From contig VFJQ01000050.1 in assembly GCA_009885995.1 (NCBI GenBank), forward strand, positions 8,088 to 72,087: a stretch of 64,000 nt of DNA, given 5' to 3'. Below, piece after piece: positions 51,913 through 60,310 of this stretch. Under the pieces are notes generated by a model, which did not search any database, was not told the DNA's origin, and saw only the letters and a list, made by a program, of their open reading frames with translations. The translations under genes and the position numbers were made by a program. Numbering within the stretch: position 1 is the first letter of the stretch; each line of letters begins with the position of its first letter. The DNA is from Verrucomicrobiota bacterium. GTDB taxonomy: Bacteria; Verrucomicrobiota; Verrucomicrobiia; Chthoniobacterales; Chthoniobacteraceae.

Positions 51913-53841
51913 TCAGGGCTCACCCGGTTCCCAGAGGTCGTCGCCGGGCTCATCCGCGATGGGATGCGAGTCAGCGGTCTCTTCGTCGTCCGCTCGGAAA
52001 CGGTAAATCGCAATGTCCTGGAGACCGGTGGGAGCGACCTCGCGATCGCCGAGCGCGTAAGCCTTGAAGTAAAGCTTCTCGGCGCGGATAAGGCGGTGGC
52101 GCAAGTAGTAGTGATGGCCGAAGAAGGCGTAAACGGTGGCGAGGTTTGGGTCCGCCTGGACGGCGACGCGATAAACGTATTCGGCCTCGTTGAAGCGCTG
52201 AAGGTTGTCCAGTGTGCGGCCGAGCTTGAGCAAGAGGTTGAGATCGCCCGGGAAATGTTTCACCCCCTCGGCAAACGCCTGCGCTGCTTCGATATGCAGC
52301 TTGTTACGGGTGGCCGGATTCGTGTCAGCCATGGCGAGGATGTGTTTCGCTTCGCCGAGGTAGTAGTAGAGGTTCGGGTTGGCTGGATCGCGGCGGATCG
52401 CCCGTTCCGCATAGCGGATCGCGTCCGCAGGCATGCGGTCGCGCAAGGCCATACGAGCGCGCTCGGCGCAGTATTCCGGGAGAATTCTCGGCACAGCGAT
52501 GCAGATCAAGATCGCACCGAGGAGCGCCGGAGCGAGGCGGAGTGGGAGGCTGTGAATCCGCCAGCGCACTAGCTCTTCAGGAGGCGGCGTTCGGGGATTG
52601 GCGAGAATCCCAAACAAGCAAGCGGCTAGCATGGCGTTGGCCGGGATGTGGAGGTTGAAGTCGATCACCGAATGCACGGAGATCGCCGCAAAGCCGGAGA
52701 GCACTCCAACCACGACCGCGAGTTCATTGCTACGCGCCAGACCGAAGGGTCTCAGCCGACTTCGGATGATTCCGCCGATCGCCGCAAAACCCGACACGGC
52801 ATGCGTCGCGAGAAAGATCGCCATGATTGCACAGCCGGCGATGCCGTATTCGGTCAGTAATTCGAGATAGTCGTTGTGAACATGCTGCGGGTCAGATTGC
52901 ACCTCTTTGTTCCGGAAATGCCGGCCGTAAAACAGATAGGTTCCAGCCCCCACGCCCGTCCAAGGGCTCAGCTTGTGCGCATCGAGCGCGGCCTCCCACA
53001 TCTGGAGCCGCATGTTCTTGGGATCGTTGATCTCCCCGAGGCGACGATCGAGATCGGGGCTCTTGCGCATTACCCAAACGGAAGAACCGATCAACCCCGC
53101 GCATCCAAAGATCGCGAGCAAGAGCGCGCTCCAGAACCAGCGGCGCTTTACACGACGGATAATAAACAGAGAGAGCACGCCAAAGGTCATCACGCCGGCG
53201 ACCGTGCTAAGATAACCACCACGGCTGCCGGTGATCGCCACACCCACGAGCGCCATCAATGCGATGTAGCCGACGATGATTCGAGCCCATGTCTTGCCGC
53301 GGCCCCAAATCGCGAGACTCAGCGCGAGCAATCCCGATAGTTCCAGCAGTCCGGCGAGATGGTTCGGACAGATGTAAAAGCCGCTCGCTCGGTAGCCGTA
53401 TTCCGACCGGAGAATCCATGGAAGCAGCATGAAGTTTTGCTTCTCCTTGAACTGCACAACTCCTACGCCCACGTGGAGCAAGACCATCCCGAACAGAACC
53501 CAAAATAACGCAAGCCTGTGCCTCGGATTGACCAAATGCACGGCCGTGATGAGATAAATGAGCAATGCGCCGATGATGACGTAGAAATCCGTCCGAGCCA
53601 GATAGTCCACCGGCGAGGTTGCCGCCCGCCAACCAATGTAACCGGCTAGCAGTAGAGATGTGACTAGACACCAAGCAATGGGTTTGGCGGTCACCGGTCT
53701 CCTCCACCATCCGAGCGTCACGATACCTGCAAGCCCGAGTATCGTGTAAGCCGGCAGGCTGTAAACCATCTTCACCCCCCCGATGAGGAGTTGCATGGCC
53801 GCTACACTCAAGCCGAGGAGGACGACAAGTAGCGTGCTCAC
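51913..53841 (-). CDS. O-antigen-ligase-like (Wzy_C) polytopic membrane protein with a C-terminal TPR domain (paralogue A)
   Basis: GTG start at 53841 (MSTLLVVLLGLSVAAMQLLIGG). Wzy_C hallmarks are GVAITGSRGGYLS and SDPQHVHNDYLELLTEYGIAG. The TPR-like C-terminus is AIRYAERAIRRDPANPNLYYYLGEA...FNEAEYVYRVAVQADPN. It is colinear with the 58277..60211 protein. Confidence 0.88.
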   Translation of the reverse strand: MSTLLVVLLGLSVAAMQLLIGGVKMVYSLPAYTILGLAGIVTLGWWRRPVTAKPIAWCLVTSLLLAGYIGWRAATSPVDYLARTDFYVIIGALLIYLITAVHLVNPRHRLALFWVLFGMVLLHVGVGVVQFKEKQNFMLLPWILRSEYGYRASGFYICPNHLAGLLELSGLLALSLAIWGRGKTWARIIVGYIALMALVGVAITGSRGGYLSTVAGVMTFGVLSLFIIRRVKRRWFWSALLLAIFGCAGLIGSSVWVMRKSPDLDRRLGEINDPKNMRLQMWEAALDAHKLSPWTGVGAGTYLFYGRHFRNKEVQSDPQHVHNDYLELLTEYGIAGCAIMAIFLATHAVSGFAAIGGIIRSRLRPFGLARSNELAVVVGVLSGFAAISVHSVIDFNLHIPANAMLAACLFGILANPRTPPPEELVRWRIHSLPLRLAPALLGAILICIAVPRILPEYCAERARMALRDRMPADAIRYAERAIRRDPANPNLYYYLGEAKHILAMADTNPATRNKLHIEAAQAFAEGVKHFPGDLNLLLKLGRTLDNLQRFNEAEYVYRVAVQADPNLATVYAFFGHHYYLRHRLIRAEKLYFKAYALGDREVAPTGLQDIAIYRFRADDEETADSHPIADEPGDDLWEPGEP

Positions 53842-53928
53842 CGAACCTGCGGGATGAGGTGGGATGTTCGCGTTTCGCTGAGTGTCTGCACGGTCAGACT
53901 AAAGGTGTGACTCGAGCGGTCGCAGGGC

Positions 53929-53964
53929 AAAAAAAACGCCCCTGCGACCACAGCCGCAGGGGCG
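53929..53964 (-). terminator. Rho-independent terminator after the 1331-aa gene (minus strand)
   Basis: On the minus strand CGCCCCTGCG - GCTGTGG - TCGCAGGGGCG is followed by T8 (the plus-strand A8 at 53929-53936). It lies 20 nt after the stop at 53984. Confidence 0.8.
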
Positions 53965-53983
53965 CTTAGTCAATCGTCCGTTG

Positions 53984-56900
53984 CTACAGCCCGAAGATGT
54001 CGGTCACCGGAGCGCCAGTAAGTGTATGATGAGCAAAATTGACCACGCCCGCAGCACCAGCAGCAGGCACATTGTTGGTCGCCGCAAGCACGCCGAAGTG
54101 AACAGCATTCGCAACCTTTGTATCAAGTTGGTAGTAAGGATTAGGACTCCCGTTGGAGAGGAGGGGATTGAGCACGGATTCCGGATGGGAAGGAGAAGTG
54201 ATGGCGAACGGAATTCCACCGATTTTCTTAATGAAGGCATTCAGAATCGCCAAGACGACATCTTTTTCACCGTCACCATTTGCCGGCGCAGTCCCAAATA
54301 CCTGACCGGGACCAGTGCTTGAGAATCCGGATGCGACTCCACGTGCCGCTTGAGCAGCCGCTTGCGCGATCGCCAGAACCTTGGATACATCGGACTTCAC
54401 GACGAGGATAGCCGCACCGATCACCTGCCCCACCATGCCAAGGTCGCCGCTCGAATAACCCGGATAGGGAAGTCTCGTATCCGCCGGAGCGATCACTTGA
54501 CTCATGAAGCCCGTGATGACCGCGGCGGGCCCGATTTGTTTGCCCAAGGTCGAACCACTAGTCGTAAGCACTGGACCACTAACTGCCGGCGCATTTCCAT
54601 CGGATTGAAGGAAATTGTTGGGGCCTTCGCCGCCACCGACGATAGAGTCACCTCCCGCCGCAGCCGTTGACAGGTTTGCGTGCGTCCCGGGGAGCCATTG
54701 ACTGATGACAGGGCTATTACCCGTAAGCGTAAGCGTCTGCTTAACGAGCGCGGTGATCGCGTTCTTCAGATTCGTGATCTCGATTGTCGGCTCCGTAGCG
54801 GTGGCACCGCCGGTAACATACCCCGTCTTCGCCTCAATGATCCCCGCGGTGATGGCCGCTGTGACTGCCGCAGCAGCATCCACTGGGTTGTCGTATTCTG
54901 CCTCCAAGGGCGCGGTGACCAGCGGATCCGTCCGCGTGATGTGTGCGTAGTTGAAGAGCATCGGCACTGCTTTTGCGACCGTTGATGCGGAGGAAAATGC
55001 CGCAGCATGGCCGATGATACCAGCGTAGTTCGGTGCGACTACCGTGGCTGCCGTAACGATGTCCGTGAGATACTTCGAATTTTGGAAAATTTTGACGTTC
55101 AGGTAATCAAACAGATCTGCGGTTCCAGCTGCCACATGACTTGCCGTCGAAACAGCGAGTTTGATGTTTGTGGCCAAGCTTGGATTGAGACCAATTGCCT
55201 CGGTCTGGAACAGAGCCGCATCAACCGCTCGGAACTTTACGGCCAAGGCCGCTGCAAGGGGAGCTTCCTTCGAGTTTGCCAAGCCCACACCGACCAACAC
55301 TGCCTTGGAGAGTGTCTGATTGGCACCGACTGTCGGATCGGAGAAGGCATCGAATGCTTTCGCGAAGACAGCTTTTGGATAGTCTTGAATGTTCTTAATG
55401 ACATTACCACCCTTGGTGATCGCATCATCATTGTCCCCACTGTTATCGTAATCCGTCACATTCGTGGCAAATGATGGAATCAGCGCGTTGAGCGTTTGGA
55501 AGTTTCCGATGGGTTTTCCGGTTCCCACGTCTACTCCGTAGGTTCCGTCGAATTCCAGTGTGGTTGAAAGCTTCTTTACGGCCATAACCCCTAGCACGGC
55601 GCGCCACTGTTCACTGTCCGGAAGGACGCCGCCGCCTGCTACCGCCGCTGTGTCAATCGCCCCTTCAAGGATTGGTTGGTAAAATTGATAGAAACTTGAT
55701 GCGGATTCGGCGAGATTGAACGCTACACCCGCAGCAGCAGTGGGATGCCCGGCCGTCAGCGCACCGGAGATTGCGTAGCTCGTAATTTCCTTCATTTGTG
55801 TCCGCCCATCAGCGTTGTATTCGGTGAGCGTAATCTTGGTCTTCAACAACGGTTCCATTGGGTTGTTGTCCTTGTTGGTGATCACAGTTGTGACTTTGGT
55901 CAACGGGGCAGCTGCCATCACTTTACCAACGACGGTATTGAGCATCGCGTTGTAGAGCGGCTGACCTTTCAGACCCAATGCTGCACCCTCTGTGATTTTT
56001 CCATACCGCTGTGTTTCAAGCGTGCCTGTGCTCGTTGCTGTTTTGGCCCAAACTGCCGCAAGGTTCGCAATAGTGGCGGCAGTTGTTGCGCTCCCGCGCA
56101 CAGCATTTTCCACGATTTCGCTTACTGTATCGTTACTGGATAGATCCGCATCAAGCTGCAGCACATCAGCGATGAAGGATCCCTTCGCGAAGGTCACGAA
56201 GACACTCGACTTGGCAACAAGCACGGCCGGCAGCCAGGCGGCGGCACCGGTGATGCGCGCCGCGATCTCGTTCGGGGCTCCTGCCATCCCAGCCAAGACT
56301 GACTGGCCTACCGAATCTCCCTTTGTAGGAAGCGTCGCACTGTAAGCGGACACAAACCCGAATTGGACGTTGTCCAGATACGTTTTGTCAGACGGACTCA
56401 AGGAGAGCGTCGTGTTCATCTGCTCGACGATATTCTCCTCTGGCTTATCGGGGTCGACGACGAGATAAGCCGGATCACTGCCACCTTCGAATTTTGAGGC
56501 TTTAAAGCCCTTCATTAGACCTGCAGCAATCAACGCCCTCTCTTTCAGGTCTGTGGGAGCGCTGACATCTGAGAAGACAGCTGCGGCAATTTCGTAACTG
56601 AGGGCAATTGGCTGCTTGAGCAGACTGCTGGGCTTGTGCGTGAATGAGGTCGCAATAATCTTTGCTCCGACTGCAGCCGCTACCTCGTCTGCAAGATACC
56701 CATTCAAGTAAGTATAGGCACTGTTGATTCCAACAGCCGCCACATCTTTCGCATGCTGTTTTGCCGTAGCCAGCGTGCCATTCGTGGCGGGTGAAGATGC
56801 CAATGAAATGTCGACTCCTTGCATCACCACGCCGATTGCGGCCTCGACGATTGCAACTGCATTCTCGGAGGCCTTCTCCATGGCTTTCCGCAGGATTTCA

Positions 56901-57979
56901 TCCGCGGCACCGTCAAACCCTGGCGTCGCGTTCCAGTTCGCTGCTCCCGCGAGATTCAGATTTACCGGTTTGAACGCAATCACGAAGTCATCTTGAAACG
57001 CTGCGACAGTATTGGCCGAATCGATGGCCGCCGTGAACTGGCCGTAGTTGAAAAGCCCGGTCAAATTCAATGCATTCTGGAGAGCCAGCGCGGAAGCGCC
57101 AGTCGGGATCAACGCGTTGGTTGAACCGAAATACACTCGAACACCGCCAGGTTCATTTGCGGTCGTTACTCCACCCTTGCTTAGCACGCCCGGCAAAGCA
57201 TTGAGTGCCGTTGCCACATTCGCGGCAGTCAAGGTTGTGGAGGGCGTGCGAGTAAGCTGTGGTGTTCCAAGCAGCACCGGCAATGACGGTGTAGAACCCT
57301 TAACCTTCGGCACAACAAGCGGGAGCATCGTTCCAACGACGCCAGCCGCGGCAGCCGGGTCGGCTTCACAAGCTGCTGCAGCTAGTGCCTCAAGCGCAGC
57401 CGTCTGGCTCCCGCCGGGAAAGGCGCCCGTCCAATTGAGAATGTTGATCGTCGCCGTCTTAACAAATGACTCGATGGTCTTCTTCCTGTAACTGGCGACG
57501 GATTTGACCAGATCGGACAGTGTGACGGCGCTGTATGCGGGCGGAACTGTGCCATCTAGCAATTTCTGAACTGCGGAGCCGAGGGCAAGATCGAGTTCTA
57601 TGTCGCTCGCGAGGATGTAATGCTCCGCCGCTGGCGAGAAGTCGATCTTATTATCATCACCGGGCAACGGAGGAAGGCTCGGAAGGGTCTGTGAATCCGG
57701 AATGTAAAGTGACGGGACATACACATCATAAGTCGTCGCCCCGGGAATGGGCGATATTGTCGATGTGTCTTTGATTTTTCGATACTGCTCGTGCAGGAGC
57801 GACTCGATAAACTCAAGTGCATCGTTGCCGTTTACCGGCGCATCGGCGCTTGGGTAGTAATTATTACCCGGACCGACAGGTCCAATCTGGGCCGTGACAG
57901 GTCGAGGCGCCAGGCACAATGCGAGAGCAGCGGCGAGGAGGGAATTGCGCGGCGAGAATGCGTGACGCAGGTTGTTCAT
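53984..57979 (-). CDS. Large (1331 aa) secreted orphan protein, Ala/Thr/Gly/Ser/Val-rich, with no domain I recognise
   Basis: ATG at 57979 gives the signal peptide MNNLRHAFSPRNSLLAAALALCLAPRPVTAQ. The frame is long and uninterrupted, with lower GC than its surroundings. It has its own terminator and a 297-bp upstream region. Confidence 0.8.
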   Translation of the reverse strand: MNNLRHAFSPRNSLLAAALALCLAPRPVTAQIGPVGPGNNYYPSADAPVNGNDALEFIESLLHEQYRKIKDTSTISPIPGATTYDVYVPSLYIPDSQTLPSLPPLPGDDNKIDFSPAAEHYILASDIELDLALGSAVQKLLDGTVPPAYSAVTLSDLVKSVASYRKKTIESFVKTATINILNWTGAFPGGSQTAALEALAAAACEADPAAAAGVVGTMLPLVVPKVKGSTPSLPVLLGTPQLTRTPSTTLTAANVATALNALPGVLSKGGVTTANEPGGVRVYFGSTNALIPTGASALALQNALNLTGLFNYGQFTAAIDSANTVAAFQDDFVIAFKPVNLNLAGAANWNATPGFDGAADEILRKAMEKASENAVAIVEAAIGVVMQGVDISLASSPATNGTLATAKQHAKDVAAVGINSAYTYLNGYLADEVAAAVGAKIIATSFTHKPSSLLKQPIALSYEIAAAVFSDVSAPTDLKERALIAAGLMKGFKASKFEGGSDPAYLVVDPDKPEENIVEQMNTTLSLSPSDKTYLDNVQFGFVSAYSATLPTKGDSVGQSVLAGMAGAPNEIAARITGAAAWLPAVLVAKSSVFVTFAKGSFIADVLQLDADLSSNDTVSEIVENAVRGSATTAATIANLAAVWAKTATSTGTLETQRYGKITEGAALGLKGQPLYNAMLNTVVGKVMAAAPLTKVTTVITNKDNNPMEPLLKTKITLTEYNADGRTQMKEITSYAISGALTAGHPTAAAGVAFNLAESASSFYQFYQPILEGAIDTAAVAGGGVLPDSEQWRAVLGVMAVKKLSTTLEFDGTYGVDVGTGKPIGNFQTLNALIPSFATNVTDYDNSGDNDDAITKGGNVIKNIQDYPKAVFAKAFDAFSDPTVGANQTLSKAVLVGVGLANSKEAPLAAALAVKFRAVDAALFQTEAIGLNPSLATNIKLAVSTASHVAAGTADLFDYLNVKIFQNSKYLTDIVTAATVVAPNYAGIIGHAAAFSSASTVAKAVPMLFNYAHITRTDPLVTAPLEAEYDNPVDAAAAVTAAITAGIIEAKTGYVTGGATATEPTIEITNLKNAITALVKQTLTLTGNSPVISQWLPGTHANLSTAAAGGDSIVGGGEGPNNFLQSDGNAPAVSGPVLTTSGSTLGKQIGPAAVITGFMSQVIAPADTRLPYPGYSSGDLGMVGQVIGAAILVVKSDVSKVLAIAQAAAQAARGVASGFSSTGPGQVFGTAPANGDGEKDVVLAILNAFIKKIGGIPFAITSPSHPESVLNPLLSNGSPNPYYQLDTKVANAVHFGVLAATNNVPAAGAAGVVNFAHHTLTGAPVTDIFGL

Positions 57980-58276
57980 AGGGTGCAAGCAGTTAGAGTT
58001 GTCTTTGAGGGTTCTTGCTCGGCAGGAGCGTCTTGGGGGAAACAAGAAACTTCCAGTGCCGCGCGCTGAAGGTGGCAACGAGAGCAGCTCTGTCAACGAA
58101 ATCTTCTCACTTTTTCAAGGCGATTTTGGCCCCCGGCGGGTCCATTGCTTCCCGGAATTTTGCGGCTCGTTCTCAATGTTCAGTGATTTACGAACACCCA
58201 TCGCAGCGAGTGCGGCTCCAACGCGGTGATCATCGCGGTTGTCACTGGGGTTTCATCTGCCTAGCGTGCACCCGCT

Positions 58277-60211
58277 TTGAACGCACTCCTCACCGGCTTG
58301 CTGGCCGCCAGTATCGTCCTCATCCAGTGCCTCACGGGCGGCACGCGGCTCGTCTTTGCGCTCCCGGCGTATGGGCTGATTGCACTCGCGGCGCTGCTCA
58401 GCGCGGGATCGTTTCGGCGGGGATCTGCTCAGCCCAGCGGTTCGTGCCTCATCGTGACCGCTGTATTTTTCGCCTACATCCTCGCGCGAGCAGCGCTCTC
58501 TCCATGGGATTACTTGTGGTGGCAGGACTTCCACCAAGTGCTCGCCTGCCTGATGATTTACGGACTCTACGCGTGCTACGCCCAGGCTCCGGCACCTCGG
58601 CTGTGGCTCTTCGGCGTGCTGCTCATCCTTGCGGCGGCCGAGTTTTTTATCGGGCTCCGACAATTTCGTTACGGCGACAATTGGATGCCCTTTGGTTTCA
58701 TCCGTGCCGACAGTGGCTTGCGCGCGAGTGGCACGCTGATCAGTTCGATTCACTACGGCGGCTTCCTTGAGGCACTCGGCGCATTTGCGCTCGCATTGAC
58801 TTGCTGGAGCCGCTGGCCCGGCTGGATCCGCTTCCTCTCCGGTTATGCCGCCCTGCTGTGCTACAGCGGTGTGGCCATCAGCGGAAGCCGCGGCGCCTAC
58901 GTCAGCACACTCGTCGGCCTCGCGGTATTCGCTGCGCTTAGTCTGATGGCGGTTCACCGCACGCGCCCCGAGCGGTTGCGGCGGGTCATCAGCATCGGCG
59001 CGATCATCGGTGGCATCGTGATCATTGGCGGTGTCGCACTGATGCTGCGCAGCCCGCTACTGCAGCAGCGCCTTGCCGCCCTCGCTCAGCAAGACATTCG
59101 GATCATGTCGCTACTGCTCTCCGATGGCACTCGCGAAGGTGCGATCAAACCCAGCACCGATGTGCGCATCTACAACTGGCAAGCTGCGCTCGACCATTTC
59201 CGTGTCTCGCCCGTCTTCGGCACCGGAGCAGGCACGCACCTCTACTACGGACGGTTGTTTCGCCGGCCACAAATCCAGTCCGACCCGATCCATGCGCACA
59301 GCGACTACCTCGAATTGCTCGCCGAATACGGAATCGTCGGCGCACTCGGGATGGCCGCATTCCTCGTCGTCCACCTGCGTCACGGGCTGCGGCGCTTCTC
59401 GCAGATCCTCTCCACCGAGCTCGGCGACCTCGACCCCTACCAACCCGCCCGCAGCGACGACCTTGCCCTCGTCATCGGCGCGCTCAGCGCCGTCGCCGCC
59501 TACCTCGCGCACTCGGTGGTCGATTTCAATCTCCACATCCCCGGCAACGCCCTCACCTTCGCCGTCGTCTTCGCCATCCTCGCCAGCCCGCGGGCCGACG
59601 CTGCGCCCTCGACCACTCGCTCGGAAACCATATGGCGCCTTGCTTTGCCGGCGCTCGGCATCTGGATGACCATCGCCATCGCGCGCACTTTTCCCGGCGA
59701 ATATTGGTGCGAAAAGGCCCGCGTTGCGTTGCGTAACCACCGCCTAACCGCGGCGATCGAACTCGCGCAGCACGCTCTCCGACTCGATCAGCGCAATCCC
59801 GAACTGTGGTTCCACCTTGGCGAAGCGCAGCGCGCCCTCGGTCTCGCAGCCCCATTGCCCCCGGAGCGGCGCAGCCGGTTCACCGACGCCGTCGCCGCCT
59901 ACGACCGCTCACTTGCGATCTTCCCGCTCGACGAGCACGTCCTAGTGCGTCGTTCGCAGGCGCTCGACGAGCTGAGTCGCTTCGCCGAGGCCAAAGCCGG
60001 CTACCGCAAGGCCATCGAGCACGACCCAAACTTGGGCGTCCTCCACGCCTACTACGCTCAGCACCTCTTCCGCGTCGGGCGCCACGAGGAAGCCCATGCC
60101 GAGTTTGCCGAAGCCCGGCGGCTCGGCAGCCAAGACCTCCGAACCATCGTCGATCAATCGTTCATCGATGCCCCCGTTGAGCCCGCCCTACCGGAAGCAT
60201 CACCTCAATAA
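58277..60211 (+). CDS. O-antigen-ligase-like (Wzy_C) polytopic membrane protein with a C-terminal TPR domain (paralogue B)
   Basis: The TTG start at 58277 is supported by gap-free N-terminal alignment to paralogue A (MNALLTGLLAASIVLIQCLTGGTRLVFALPAY against MSTLLVVLLGLSVAAMQLLIGGVKMVYSLPAY). Motifs are GVAISGSRGAYVS, SDPIHAHSDYLELLAEYGIVG and HSVVDFNLHIPGNAL. The TPR-like tail is AIELAQHALRLDQRNPELWFHLGEA...FAEAKAGYRKAIEHDPN. Confidence 0.88.
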   Translation: MNALLTGLLAASIVLIQCLTGGTRLVFALPAYGLIALAALLSAGSFRRGSAQPSGSCLIVTAVFFAYILARAALSPWDYLWWQDFHQVLACLMIYGLYACYAQAPAPRLWLFGVLLILAAAEFFIGLRQFRYGDNWMPFGFIRADSGLRASGTLISSIHYGGFLEALGAFALALTCWSRWPGWIRFLSGYAALLCYSGVAISGSRGAYVSTLVGLAVFAALSLMAVHRTRPERLRRVISIGAIIGGIVIIGGVALMLRSPLLQQRLAALAQQDIRIMSLLLSDGTREGAIKPSTDVRIYNWQAALDHFRVSPVFGTGAGTHLYYGRLFRRPQIQSDPIHAHSDYLELLAEYGIVGALGMAAFLVVHLRHGLRRFSQILSTELGDLDPYQPARSDDLALVIGALSAVAAYLAHSVVDFNLHIPGNALTFAVVFAILASPRADAAPSTTRSETIWRLALPALGIWMTIAIARTFPGEYWCEKARVALRNHRLTAAIELAQHALRLDQRNPELWFHLGEAQRALGLAAPLPPERRSRFTDAVAAYDRSLAIFPLDEHVLVRRSQALDELSRFAEAKAGYRKAIEHDPNLGVLHAYYAQHLFRVGRHEEAHAEFAEARRLGSQDLRTIVDQSFIDAPVEPALPEASPQ

Positions 60212-60310
60212 AGTTTTCATAAAAACCACTTGCCGCCGGTTGGTGAAGATCGCAATTTCGACGCGCAGAACCAGAACACCAAACACTAACCCTCTCTGCA
60301 ATTTGAAGTC

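Noticed and set aside
51913-58276. Whether the lower-GC block is a mobile genomic island or prophage remnant.
   Set aside because: I could find no integrase, transposase, phage gene, flanking tRNA or direct repeats. I report it only as a compositional anomaly.
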